64,000 nucleotides of DNA from Octopus sinensis (Eukaryota): assembly GCF_006345805.1 (NCBI RefSeq), contig NC_042999.1, positions 160,518,001 to 160,582,000 on the forward strand, given 5' to 3'. Below the pieces are notes generated by a model. It had not been told where the DNA came from. It did not search any database and saw only the letters and a program-made list of their open reading frames with translations. The translations under genes were made by a program, and so were the position numbers. The number at the start of each line of letters is the position of its first letter. The first letter of the stretch is position 1. This document shows positions 37,484 to 49,550 of this stretch, in pieces.

Positions 37484-37670
37484 GGCGCAGGAGTGGCTGT
37501 GTGGTAAGTAGCTTGTTTACCAACCACATGGCTCTGGGTTCAGTCCCACTGCGTGACACTTTCGGCAAGTGTCTTCTACTATAGCCTCGGGCCAACCAAA
37601 GCCTTGTGAGTGGATTTGGTAGTTGATTTGGTGTTCCAGCATGGCATGGCAGCAATCAAATGACTGAAAA
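37484..37670 (+). mobile_element. SINE family A with a large internal deletion
   Basis: Head joined almost directly to tail. Confidence 0.8.
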
Positions 37671-37865
37671 GAATGTAGATATATATATATATATATATAT
37701 ACATATATATACAACTTATAAACAAGGGCAAAAGAAAAAAATTATAATGCCAAATATGCCGAAAATAAACAAATTGTCAATAACCATATAATTTATCACT
37801 ACTAACATGCATCTCGAGAACCAACCACATGGCTCCAGGTTCCAGGTTATATATATAGACATATG

Positions 37866-38190
37866 GAAGCACAGTGGCCCAGTGGTTAGAGCAGCGGACT
37901 CACGGTTGGAGAATCGCGGTTTCAATTTCCAGACCAGGCATTGTATGCATTTATTGAGCAAAAACACCTAAAACTCCACAAGGCTCCAGCAGGAGAGGGG
38001 GGGCGACCCTTGTTGTACTCTTTTGCTCCAACTTTCTCTCACTTTTTCTTCCTGTTTCTTTAGTAGCGCTGTGATGGACTGGCGTCCCATCCAGCTGAGG
38101 GGAATACATATGCCATAGAAACAGGGAAACCAGGCCCATGAGCCTGGCTAGGCTTGAAAAGGGCACATAAGTAAAAATAAATAAATAAAT
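37866..38190 (+). mobile_element. SINE with family C head and a different 3' tail
   Basis: C head/core up to …TTCCTGTTTCT, then GATGGACTGGCGTCCCATCCAG…GGCTAGGCTTGAAAAGGGC and (AATA)n. Confidence 0.75.
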
Positions 38191-38254
38191 ATATACAAAT
38201 ATATATTTATAACTATACATATATTTACAAATATATATTTATATACAAATATAT

Positions 38255-38780
38255 ATCCGATCGTGGCCGTTGCCAGCCTCGCCTGGCCCCGGTGGCCAGT
38301 AAAAAGCACCCACTACACTCACAGAGTTGTTGGCGTTAGGAAGGGCATCCAGCTATAGAAACACTGCCAGATCAGACTGGAGCCTGGTGCAGCCTCCTGG
38401 CTTCCCAGATCCCCGGTTGAACCGTCCAACCCATGCTAGCATGGAGAACGGATGTTAAATGATGATGATGATACAAACATGAGTGGCTGTGTGGTAACTG
38501 AAAGAAGCCTGTCGTATATATGTATATATATATATATATATGCGTGTGTGTGTGTATGTGTTTGTGTGAGTGTGTTTGTCCCCCTAGCATTGCTTGACAA
38601 CCAATGCTGGTGTGTTTACGTCCCTGTCACTTAGCGGTTCGGCAAAAGAGACCGATAGAATAAGTACTGGGCTTACAAAGAATAAGTCCTGGGGTCGATT
38701 TGCTCGACTAAAGGCGGTGCTCCAGCATGGCCGCAGTCAAATGACTGAAACAAGTAAAAGAGTAAAAGAGTAAAGAGTAT
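38255..38780 (+). mobile_element. Family B copy (38255-38472) followed by a deleted family A copy (~38484-38780)
   Basis: Family matches. Confidence 0.8.
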
Positions 38781-39289
38781 TCATTTAGATGTTGATGATG
38801 ATGGCGGTGGTAGCGATGATGTTGGAAGTAGTTGTGGTTGCAGTGTTGGCAGTAGTGATGGTCTTGGTGTTAGTAATAGTGAAAGCAGCAAAGGTGGTGG
38901 AAGGAAGAAAGAAAGATCAAAAGAATGAAAAAGAAAAAAGTGAAGTACACAAAAAAGAAAGAAAGGAAGAAAAAAGTGAAGAACAAAAAAAAAAGAAAGA
39001 AAGAAAAAAAGAGCCTACTCCATAAAGTATGTTATCTTACACTGGAGCCCATCACCTTTGAGAAATTTTGGTGAGATCTGCTGTAATAGTATCCAACATT
39101 GATATTGATATATTAACCTCAGATGTTCTCTTGATTTCCTCAGGCTTTCCATTATAAATCATAGTTTTTACAAGGTTTTGATCAATATTTCTTATATATA
39201 CACACATACATATATACATACATATATAAATAGATACATACACACACACACACATATATATGTGCATGCATGTGTGTATGTATGTGTGT

Positions 39290-40072
39290 ATCTTTAATCT
39301 TGTTTCAATCATTAGACTGTGGCCATGCTGGGGTAGCACCTTGAAAAAGTTTTAATCAAATGAATCGACCTCGGTAACTTTATTTTTTAAGACCTGGAAG
39401 TTATTTTATCAGTCTCTTTTGCAGAACTATGAAGTTACAGGGGCATAAACACACTAATGCCAGTTATGAAGCAGTGGTAGGGGACAAACACAGACACAAA
39501 GACACACAAACACAGATATATATATATTCATATATATACGACAGGCTTCTTTCAGTTTCGGCCTACCAAATCCACTCACAAAGCTTTGGTCAGCTCAAAG
39601 CTATAGCAGAAGACGGAGGCGCAATGGCCCAGTGGTTAGGGCAGCGGACTCACGGTCATGGGATCGCAGTTTCGATTCCCAGACCGGGCGTTGTGAGTGT
39701 TTATTGAGCGAAAACACCTAAAAGCTCCACGAGGCTCCGGCAGGGGATGGTGGTGATCCCTGCTGTACTCTTTCACCACAACTTTCTCTCACTCTTACTT
39801 CCTGTTTCTGTTGTACCTGTATTTCAAGGGGCCAGCCTTGTCACTCTCTGTGTCACGTTGAATATCCCCGAGAACTACGTTAAGGGTGCACGTGTCTGTG
39901 GAGTGCTCAGCCACTTACACGTTAATTTCACGAGCAGGCTGTTCCGTTGATTCGGATCAACCGGAACCCTCATCGTCATAACTGACGGAGTGCTTCCATA
40001 GCAGAAGACATTTGCCCAAAGTGCCATGCAGTGGGACTGAACCCAGAACCATGTGGTTGGGAAGCAAACTTC
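39290..40072. mobile_element. Diverged family A (-) with a nested family C SINE (+, 39615-39997)
   Basis: 12-bp TSD ATAGCAGAAGAC at 39603-14 and 39998-40009. Confidence 0.9.
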
Positions 40073-40699
40073 TTTATTTCATTAAATTGGCTATGAAAGC
40101 CATACACAGATGGAGAAGCTGAGGGCTGGACACAGACATTAATGAGATGAGATGAATGATGAACAGGATGGTATTAATGAGAGAAGGCAAAAGACACCCA
40201 TCGATCTTTGCTTCTTTTGTGAACTTAGAATTTGAGTCAATGAACCTCTGACCAATATTTCTTTTGGACTCAAGGTCCTTACAATGAGGCACTAAGCCCC
40301 TTACCTCAAATGACACCATGTCTTTGAAATGAGGCACTTGGCCTCTTACAATTCTCTTCTTATGGGCCATATGCCTTTTCAATATGAGGCACTCATCCTC
40401 TTACTTTTACAATTTTCCACCCCGCCGGCACCCAACCTGGCACGAAGTGTCACTCAGGCACTCCAATAGTGCCAGATCAGGGTACATTGATCAGAAATGG
40501 AATACGTCCACAGGAAAGGAGTCTCCTCCATTTGCAAGCTTTTTAAAAAAGCATTCCCATCGCTTCTCACTTTCTGGAGAAAACCAAATATTGTTCCTCC
40601 ATTGGGTCAAAGCTACAACTTCCTCCATCGGTGGCACAATTCCCACCGATGGGGCTTCGGAACATGCCGGCAACAAACTTCTTACCACACAGCCACACC

Positions 40700-40849
40700 T
40701 GTGCTTATATACATACATACATACATACATACATACACATACATATACATACATACATACATAAATACATATACATACATACATACATACATACATACAT
40801 ACATACATACATACATACATGCATACACACACATACATACATACATACA

Positions 40850-40917
<68 letters not shown>

Positions 40918-40920
40918 GTT
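40700..40920. repeat. (TACA)n/(TA)n/(CA)n microsatellite
   Basis: Visible. Confidence 0.95.
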
Positions 40921-41199
40921 GTCACTAATTGTAACTGACAGTGCAGGGTAGCACCTACATTGCTAGAAATAAGAGATAAAAACCCTTATAGCTGCAGGAA
41001 GCACTTGCCTATGCACAGAAGCAAAACTAGAACAGTATGGTGCTCTTGCTCGCTGTGGAGCAGTTACTTCCCCTGTCAGTGCATAGACATGTACTTCCTG
41101 TGGCTATTAAGGCTTTCAGCTCTTATTTCTAGCAATGTAGGTGCTACCCTGCACTGTCACTCACAATGTGTGACAGCTGAATTTTTCCCTTTTTGCTTT

Positions 41200-41420
41200 A
41201 TATTGCAGAAACGTTAGCACGGCGGGCGAAATGCTTAGCGGTATTTCGTCTGCCGTTGCGTTGTGAGTTCAAATTCTGCCAAGGTCAACTTTACCTTTCA
41301 TCCTTTCGGGGTCGATAAATTAAGTACCAGTTATGCACTGGGTTCGATGTGATCGACTTAATACCTATGTCTGTCCCCTCTATGTTTAGCCCCTTGTGGG
41401 TAATAAAGAAATAGGTATTT
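41200..41420 (+). mobile_element. SINE family D; further degenerate copies at ~42215-42410 and ~42440-42560 (-)
   Basis: Family match. Confidence 0.8.
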
Positions 41421-41483
41421 TTTCTGATTCTTTGCATAGTAGACTAATCTGTTATTTAATTTAGCATTGCTTTCTGGTATTAG

Positions 41484-41572
41484 GTGCCTTTGCAAGCATT
41501 TGAGCTGGGTATTTGGTTTGAAGATATCTTCCTTCCATCCATGAGTCTCAGAGATCCTGTAAAGAATCAAGG
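41484..41572 (+). CDS. Candidate internal exon (VPLQAFELGIWFEDIFLPSMSLRDPVKNQg), phase 0 to 2
   Basis: Acceptor TTGCTTTCTGGTATTAG, donor AGG|GTAAGA, fully open frame. Confidence 0.55.
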
Positions 41573-42732
41573 GTAAGACTAAGCCATAAAAATAATCTGT
41601 AGCGGTCTCTGATATCCTCACTGTTTGATAGACACGGCAGGAATGATCTCGTTTGAGATTACAGCCATCTTTGGCCGAGTTGTTCCTGTTGTAACCACTG
41701 ACCGTGTCTCTCAAACAGTGAGGATATCAGAGACTGCTACAAATCCTATGTTTGCTTTGTTAAAATATTTTATGTTCAATGTTCAGTTTTTTTAGATTAA
41801 TTGTTTCATCCTTTCATCAGTTCTTTGAGTTAAAACTTTTATTATCATCTGGTTTTATATCTCTCTCACTGTGTTACCATTATTGATTGAGTAGATTCCC
41901 TCAAGAATCTGGAAGATATCCAACAGTTGGTAGATATCTGTGCTTCATTACTTTAATGTGGATTGATCTGTTTTGTACACAGCAGCCATCATACGCAGCC
42001 TGTAATCTGAACCAGAGCTGAGATCAAATAACAGGACAGACAGAAATAATATTTAGACTTTAATCTGAGGTAAAACATTGTCAGTTTTATTAAATGCCAT
42101 CTCATGGATAAATGTAAAATAATGTGGTACTCCAGCATGGACTTAGTTATAATGGCTAAAACAAACATAAGAACCTGAATGCACATTAAATATTGGCTTT
42201 AAATCTTTACACAAGGCTAGCAATTTTGAGAGTGGATGTAAGTCTTTTACATTGACCCCAGATCTCAACTGGTACTTATTTTATCAACCCTGAAAGGATG
42301 AAAGGCAAAGTCAACCTCAGTGGAATTTGAACTCAGAATGTAAAGACAGACAATATGCCGCTAAACATTTTTCTCAGCATGCTTAACAATTCTGCCAACT
42401 TGCCACCTCAATACATAATAAAATATTGCTTTCAGATTTTGGTACTAGGCCAGCAAGTTTGGGAAAGGAGGTAAGTCAATTACGTTGACCCCAGTGCTGG
42501 ACTGGGACTTATTGACCTTGAAAAGAGGAAAGACAAAGTTGGCCTTGGCAGAATTTGAATACACAATAAAATATTACAAGAAGATTTAAACTCATGACTT
42601 TTCCTTTCAGCTATCTTATCTCTTTATCCTTATTGATTAGACTTTCTTTAATACCGTTACCTTCAGGATTAAGTACAAGCTAGAGACAAACTTGACAATG
42701 TCTCTCATTAAGTGTTCCTTACAACAAAACTT

Positions 42733-43152
42733 TACATTTATTTACTCTTTACTCTTTTACTCTTTTACTTGTTTCAGTCACTTGACTGCAGCCATGCTGG
42801 AGCACCGCCTTTAGTCGAGCAAATCGACCCTGGGACTTATTCTTTGTAAGCCCAGTACTTATTCTATCGGTCTCTTTTGCCGAACCGCTAAGTTACGGGG
42901 ATGTAAACACACCAGCATCGGTTGTCAAGCAATGCTAGGGGGACAAACACAGACACACAAACACATACACACGCATACATACATATATATACATATATAC
43001 GACAGGCTTCTTTCAGTTTCCGTCTACCAAATCCACTCACAAGGCATTGGTCGGCCCGGGGCTATAGCAGAAGACACTTGCCCAAGATGCCACGCAGTGG
43101 GACTGAACCCGGAACCATGTGGTTGGTAAGCAAGCTACTTACCACACAGCGC
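42733..43152 (-). mobile_element. SINE family A
   Basis: Full structure. Confidence 0.9.
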
Positions 43153-43747
43153 CTATTTACATAGAATCCTTAAAATATATTGATATCATCTTCACTATTA
43201 TGATGCCTATCATGTTTATTTTTATACTGTCTTTATGATGTATACAGAGGATAAAAGTTGGGTGAAAGAGTGCAAAGCAATCCAAGTGGTAAAGGGAGAG
43301 TAAGGAAGGTATAACGAAAAGTGATGAGAGCTGATCTCAAGATGATAGACCACATGAAACAAAGGAGGTGACAAGGGACCATAACAAGAGTTGAAACACA
43401 ATACCTGGAGAAGACCTGTCCCCATTCAAATATGGCAAAACAGGTATAAAAATAATAATGATGATGATAGTTCTTGATTTTTCTTTTCACTGGGGAGGAA
43501 AGGTAGAGTAATTGAATAGATACAAGGTGTATACAAAAATTAATGTAATTCACTATACTTGGCATCAACCATTTAAATAATTGATATCTAATTAAAAAAA
43601 AATTACTTTATTTATAACAAAATTCCTTTGATATTGAAGAGAACAGAACTTGGTACCTTAGAATGTCAAGATTATTTTGTTCATTATTCTCAATCCAAAT
43701 GCTATGGTAACTTGGCTGTACTACTGTCACTCCAGGGTCAGTTATAT

Positions 43748-43752
43748 ACATG

Positions 43753-43783
<31 letters not shown>

Positions 43784-44095
43784 GTGTGTGCACGTGTGTG
43801 TGTGTGTGTGCGTGTGTGCATGTGTGTGTGTGTGCACGCGTGTGTGTGTGTGCGTGTGTGTGTGTGTGCGTGTGTGCATGCATGTGTGTGTGTGTATGTG
43901 TATGTGTGCGTGTGTGTGCGTGTGTGCATGCATGTGTGTGTGTGTGTGTGTGTGTGTTGTGTGTGTGCGTGTGTGCATGTGTGTGTGTGTGCACGCGTGT
44001 GTGTGTGTGCGTGTGTGTGTGTGTGCGTGTGTGCATGCATGTGTGTGTGTGTATGTGTATGTGTGCGTGTGTGTGCGTGTGTGCATGCATGTGTG

Positions 44096-44134
<39 letters not shown>

Positions 44135-44225
44135 CTGTGTGTGTGTGCGTGCGTGTGTGCGTGTGTGCATGCATGTGTGTGTGTGCGCATGCGCGTGTGT
44201 GTATGTGTGTGTGTGTGTACATGTG
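43748..44225. repeat. ~480 bp alternating purine-pyrimidine (TG/CG/CA/TA) tract
   Basis: Visible, with higher-order duplication. Confidence 0.95.
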
Positions 44226-44719
44226 TATAAGCATAAACGGTGCTGGTCAGCACCCTCCCTCAGTTTCGTGACCTCTGCTAATTTTTGTCTTTAGGTTCTA
44301 ATTGCTAATAAGCCACCCTTTTTATTAGTTGTTTACACTTTTACACCATTTAGAAAATCAGCAAATGATTTAAAAGGTCTTTTTTATATGATTGATAGAG
44401 GAAGATGAGTTTTACCCAAGGCATTAAAAGCAGCTGATGAGAATTAAGGTGTCAATGCCAAGATTCAAAATCCTGAACTAGCTTCTCACGAGAGGGGCTT
44501 ACTTCACTTTGTCAATCACTAAGTTAGTGATTTGTGACTTTGGAGTTAATTTAACTCTTTTTTTACCTTAAACAGTGCTGGCTAGCACCCTCCGTAACTT
44601 TTGCGACCTCTATTAATCTTGCCTTTTGGTTCTAATTGCTAATAAGCAACCCTTTTTATTAGTTATATGTGTGTGTGTGTGTGTGTGCCTGTGCGTGCAT
44701 ATGTGTGTACTTGTTGCCA

Positions 44720-45100
44720 ACCCTCACCTTACTGACAGCATCCCTGTACATGGCTTGCACAGCTCTCACTAATCATTCATCTATCCCTAGTTTCCTCATT
44801 GACCACCAGATAAGGGATCGGGGTGCCCTATCAAAGGCTTCTAAGTATTCTATTGCAGTCTCCAACTACCTCGATTACCTTATCAACCCATTTCTCCTCA
44901 AGAAGTATACCCTGTCCAGAAAATCTTGTACCTGTGTTCTTTGCTTGTGAGGAACCTAGCAGAACCTCCTCTCCACCTTACTTCTTGGATGTAGTACCAA
45001 TCAAGCATGTCAACAATCTCACCAGACCTACCTTCCAGTGTGCCCACGCTGAGTGTGCCAACCCTGAAGGTGTGGGAGGTGTGGGCCCGTGAGACTTTGG
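44720..45100 (-). pseudogene. RTE-clade AP endonuclease N-terminal remnant
   Basis: FRVGTLSVGTLEGRSGEIVDML…IQEVRWRGGSARFLTSKEHRYKIFW…LEEKWVDKVIEV. Confidence 0.85.
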
Positions 45101-46099
45101 GATTGGGGACAGTAGTGTCAGGTACCTGAAAAGAAAGTTCGCAATTGGCAGAATTCATATACAGACAATAGCTTTCAACCTGCATACACTACACCATCAT
45201 TTTTTATGCGCTACATGATCACTACCTTACATAGGAGATAAAACCCTAAGTAGGGGTGGGGATGGCACTAAGCCTTTAGAAGTGTTCATGGGAGACAACT
45301 GAAAGAAGTCAGAGAATAGGGACTTCCAGTACAGGTGGTGGGGTGGGATGGCAGCCATACCGCGAAACAGCAAATGCTGTCGGTGTCAAGGAATCTCTTT
45401 CTTATGATAAAAGGCAGATTTTCTCTGCCTCCCAAACCTTTGTTTTTTATACAATTGTACAATATAGAATTTCTTCAATTGGAATTTACCTACGATTTTT
45501 GCAAGTAGATTCGATTGGGTCATGGTATGTAAAGTTTTTTCTATTTGACCCCCAATTAAGCAAAAATTCGAGAAAAGTAAATATTTTACGATTTCCCTCT
45601 CTAATTTCAACTGCTTCACTCATGCTATTACCATAATTACTCCTACTTTCTCTTTGCAAGTGTACCTTAAACCACTACTAAAAAAAAAATACAGAGCAAA
45701 CAGAAACAAATAAATACATAACGATTTACTCCTCACACAATTTCTTCAATTAGAGTTTACCTAGGATTTTTCCAAGTACATTCCATTCGGTCATCGCATA
45801 TAAATTTCTTTCAATTTGAGAAATGAATAAGTGACGATGTGAGAAAATTAAATAAATGAATGAATAAGTGACGATGGTAAATGCGCGTGAAAAGAACTTA
45901 AGTTTGTTTTTAAAACATAACAGCATAGAAGAGGAAACTATGTTTACACAGGTAATGAAATAGATAGAATAATGAAAAGAACTAATAAGGGGATGATCTG
46001 TGCAGGAAGAGAGGTGCTAGATGTATGAAGTTGAAAAAAAAAACAAGATTTCTTATCTGAACATCATCTGTATTTGTAGTCTTTTGGTGGAGTTATTAA

Positions 46100-46155
<56 letters not shown>

Positions 46156-46189
46156 CAACAATAACAATAACAATAACAATGACAATAAC

Positions 46190-46241
<52 letters not shown>

Positions 46242-46255
46242 TAATGATAATGATA

Positions 46256-46290
<35 letters not shown>

Positions 46291-46300
46291 AATAATAATG

Positions 46301-46362
<62 letters not shown>
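46100..46362. repeat. (TAA/CAA/TGA)n trinucleotide tract
   Basis: Visible. Confidence 0.95.
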
Positions 46363-46364
46363 TA

Positions 46365-46585
46365 AACCATTGATCATGTTGTCTCCAAGTGCAGTCTTCT
46401 TGTGCCCACAGAGTATCTCAACAGGCATGATAGAGCTGCACAATATATTCACTGGGTAACTTGCAAAAACCTGGATTTGCCCCATGAAAAAAACTGGTGG
46501 GAACAAAACCCACCTCCAGTGCTTGAAAATGACCACATCTCACTCCTCTGGAACTTCACCATTCAAACTGACAGAATGATAGATG
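46365..46585 (+). pseudogene. R4/Dong-like non-LTR fragment: zinc knuckle and start of RLE
   Basis: TIDHVVSKCSLLVPTEYLNRHDRAAQYIHW…PPPVLENDHISLLWNFTIQTDRMID. Confidence 0.8.
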
Positions 46586-46586
46586 T

Positions 46587-47024
46587 GAGTATAATACGCA
46601 GGGGAATTCTAGGGGGCTGTACCTCTGAAAAACCTAAACCCCTTCTCTAACTTGAGTCAAGGAGGTCTATATAACGTCCTTGGTTTGTAAAAATGTATAC
46701 GGTAACGTCCTTTATTATTATTGTATATATAACATAATGCAAACGTGTAGCTTTGAAATAACAGTAATAATGTTTAATAAATGTTGCTTACTGCAAGTTA
46801 TGGATGATTCTTTTATGACTTCATTGCTTTCAGGCTTAGCTTAAGGTATTTTCGCACCTGACATCACAAAATGCGTCTGAATAAACTTAGCCAGACAGCA
46901 AATAGGGACTCGGACATTGCTTAGGAAATTATTTTCATTTTTAACCTCGTATATAGTACGCACTAGGGGTTTTGACCTTTAAATTTTGGGGGAAAAAATG
47001 CGGATTATACTTGAGGATTTACGG
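46587..47024. mobile_element. Tc1/pogo-type MITE with clipped left TIR
   Basis: Right TIR TGCGGATTATACTTGAGGATTTACGG|TA; left remnant GAGTATAATACGCA. Confidence 0.5.
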
Positions 47025-47082
47025 TATAGTCCTAGATACATTAGAGCTGAAAATCAATTAAATGATTCCAGCCGAAATGTCT

Positions 47083-47665
47083 TTAACCCCTTAGCATTTA
47101 AACTGACCATATTTGGTCTGAGTAATTTACCTGTTTTATGTTCAAACTGGCCAGATCTTGCCTCAAAAATAAACAATTACATCGTTGAAATATCAAAACT
47201 ATGAGATAATGCATGATTAATTGAAAACATTGTGAATAAACAAGCATTATTTAGGTGCAGGAGTGGCTGTGTGGTAAGTAGCTTGTTTACCAGCCACATG
47301 GTTCCGGGTTCAGTCCCACTGCGTGGCATCTTGGGCAAGTGTCTTCTACTATAGCCTCGGGCCGACCAAAGCTTTGTGAGTGGATTTGGTAGAGGGAAAC
47401 TGAAAGAAGCCCGTCGTATATATGTATATATGTAAAAATATATGTGTGTGTGTTTGTGTGTCCCCCTAGCATTGCTTGACAACCGATGCTGGTGTGTTTA
47501 TGTCCCCGTTACTTAGCGGTTCGGCAAAAGAGACCGATAGAATAAGTACTAGGCTTACAAAAGAATAAGTCCCGGTGTCGAGTTGCTCGATTAAAGGCGG
47601 TGCTCCAGCATGGCCGCAGTCAAATGACTGAAACAAGTAAAAGAGCAAAAGAGTAAAAGAGAGTA
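47083..47665 (+). mobile_element. Family I piggyBac MITE (47083-~47250) cut by a family A SINE (47252-47665)
   Basis: TTAA|CCCCTTAGCATT start, then family A head. Other family I copies at ~59130-59335 and ~62300-62405. Confidence 0.8.
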
Positions 47666-48069
47666 TTACATTTAACAGAGCAATTTGATGCTAAAGAGTT
47701 AATGATGGAACTGCTTGGTCAAAAACAATCTGAAGCAAAGCATCAATAATGGCAACAACAACAACAACAACAATTTATTAAAAGAGACAGGAGGTTTAAC
47801 AATAACAAAATTCATGCTCCAACCAATGTGGAACTCAAAACACGGAGACATCAAAACCAGACACACTAATACATCCGGTTTGATGGTTTGCAGACTTTAA
47901 AGAATATTAAAAGTCAAAAATATAATTCTAAGAATATCCTATTTATTGTCTTGTATTGATCCTTCTCATTACGAGCAATTCAGGAAATGTTATTTTTACC
48001 ATTCTAATGGGATTAGTTTGGATATGTAGTTCAAGACCAGCTATTTTCTCCCTGCATTAATTATCATTC

Positions 48070-48111
<42 letters not shown>

Positions 48112-48451
48112 ATTAAATTGCTTCTTGTGTGCACATCTTTTATTCATTGGTTACTGTCTCTGCTCAATGAGGCTGGACAATAAGTACACACATACACACA
48201 CACACACGTGTGTGTGTGTGTGTGTGCATTATATATATATATTTTTATATAAACACACACACATATCACACAAACAAATATTTATATCTATCTATCTGTC
48301 TGTCTGTCTATCTGTCTATCTGGTGCTTTTGAGCGTGATCGTTACCAATGTCGCCTTACTGGCACTTGTGCCAGTGGCACGTGAACAAGACATTCGAACG
48401 AGGTCATTGCCAGTGCCGCTGAACTGACTCCTGTGCAGGTGGCATATATAT

Positions 48452-48486
<35 letters not shown>

Positions 48487-48794
48487 CGGTTTGTTTCGAG
48501 ACGCATAAATTTAATGGTTATCGACAATTTTTTTGTTTCGGCGTATCTGGCATTAGAATTTTTCTTCTGCCCTTATCTTGTAAATTATATATATATATAT
48601 ATATGTTTTGAAATGGTTAAGAGGTTTCCCACAATACTACTGGCTTCAATTATTTTTAGTCAATGCTGCAATAGAAAGGAAAAATACATTGAAATAAATT
48701 TAATTATCTCTCATGGTATCACTTTGGAAGTTTGCATTTTTTCCTTAAAAAATCACATAAACTCATGACAGGTTTCTGCACATGCACACACATA

Positions 48795-49550
48795 CACACA
48801 TACACCCACTCACACTCATACACCCACTCACACTCATACACCCACTCACACACATACACCCACTCACACTCATACACCCACTCACACACATACACCCACT
48901 CACACACATACACCCACTCACACACATACACCCACTCACACACATACACCCACTCACACTCATACACCCACTCACACTCATACACCCACTCACACTCATA
49001 CACCCACTCACACACATACACCCACTCACACTCATACACCCACTCACACACATACACACATACACCACTCACACTCATACACACCCACTCACACATACAC
49101 CCACTCACACTCATACACCCACTCACACACATACACCCACTCACACACATACACCCACTCACACTCATACACCCACTCACACACATACACCCACTCACAC
49201 TCATACACCCACTCACACTCATACACCCACTCACACACATACACCCACTCACACTCATACACCCACTCACACACATACACCCACTCACACTCATACACCC
49301 ACTCACACACATACACCCACTCACACTCATACACCCACTCACACTCATACACCCACTCACACACATACACCCACTCACACACATACACCCACTCACACTC
49401 ATACACCCACTCACACTCATACACCCACTCACACACATACACCCACTCACACTCATACACCCACTCACACTCATACACCCACTCACACACTTACACCCAC
49501 TCACACTCATACACCCACTCACACTCATACACCCACTCACACTCATACAA
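48795..49550. repeat. 18-bp minisatellite CACCCACTCACAC(T/A)CATA, ~40 copies
   Basis: Visible; two main unit variants. Confidence 0.95.
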
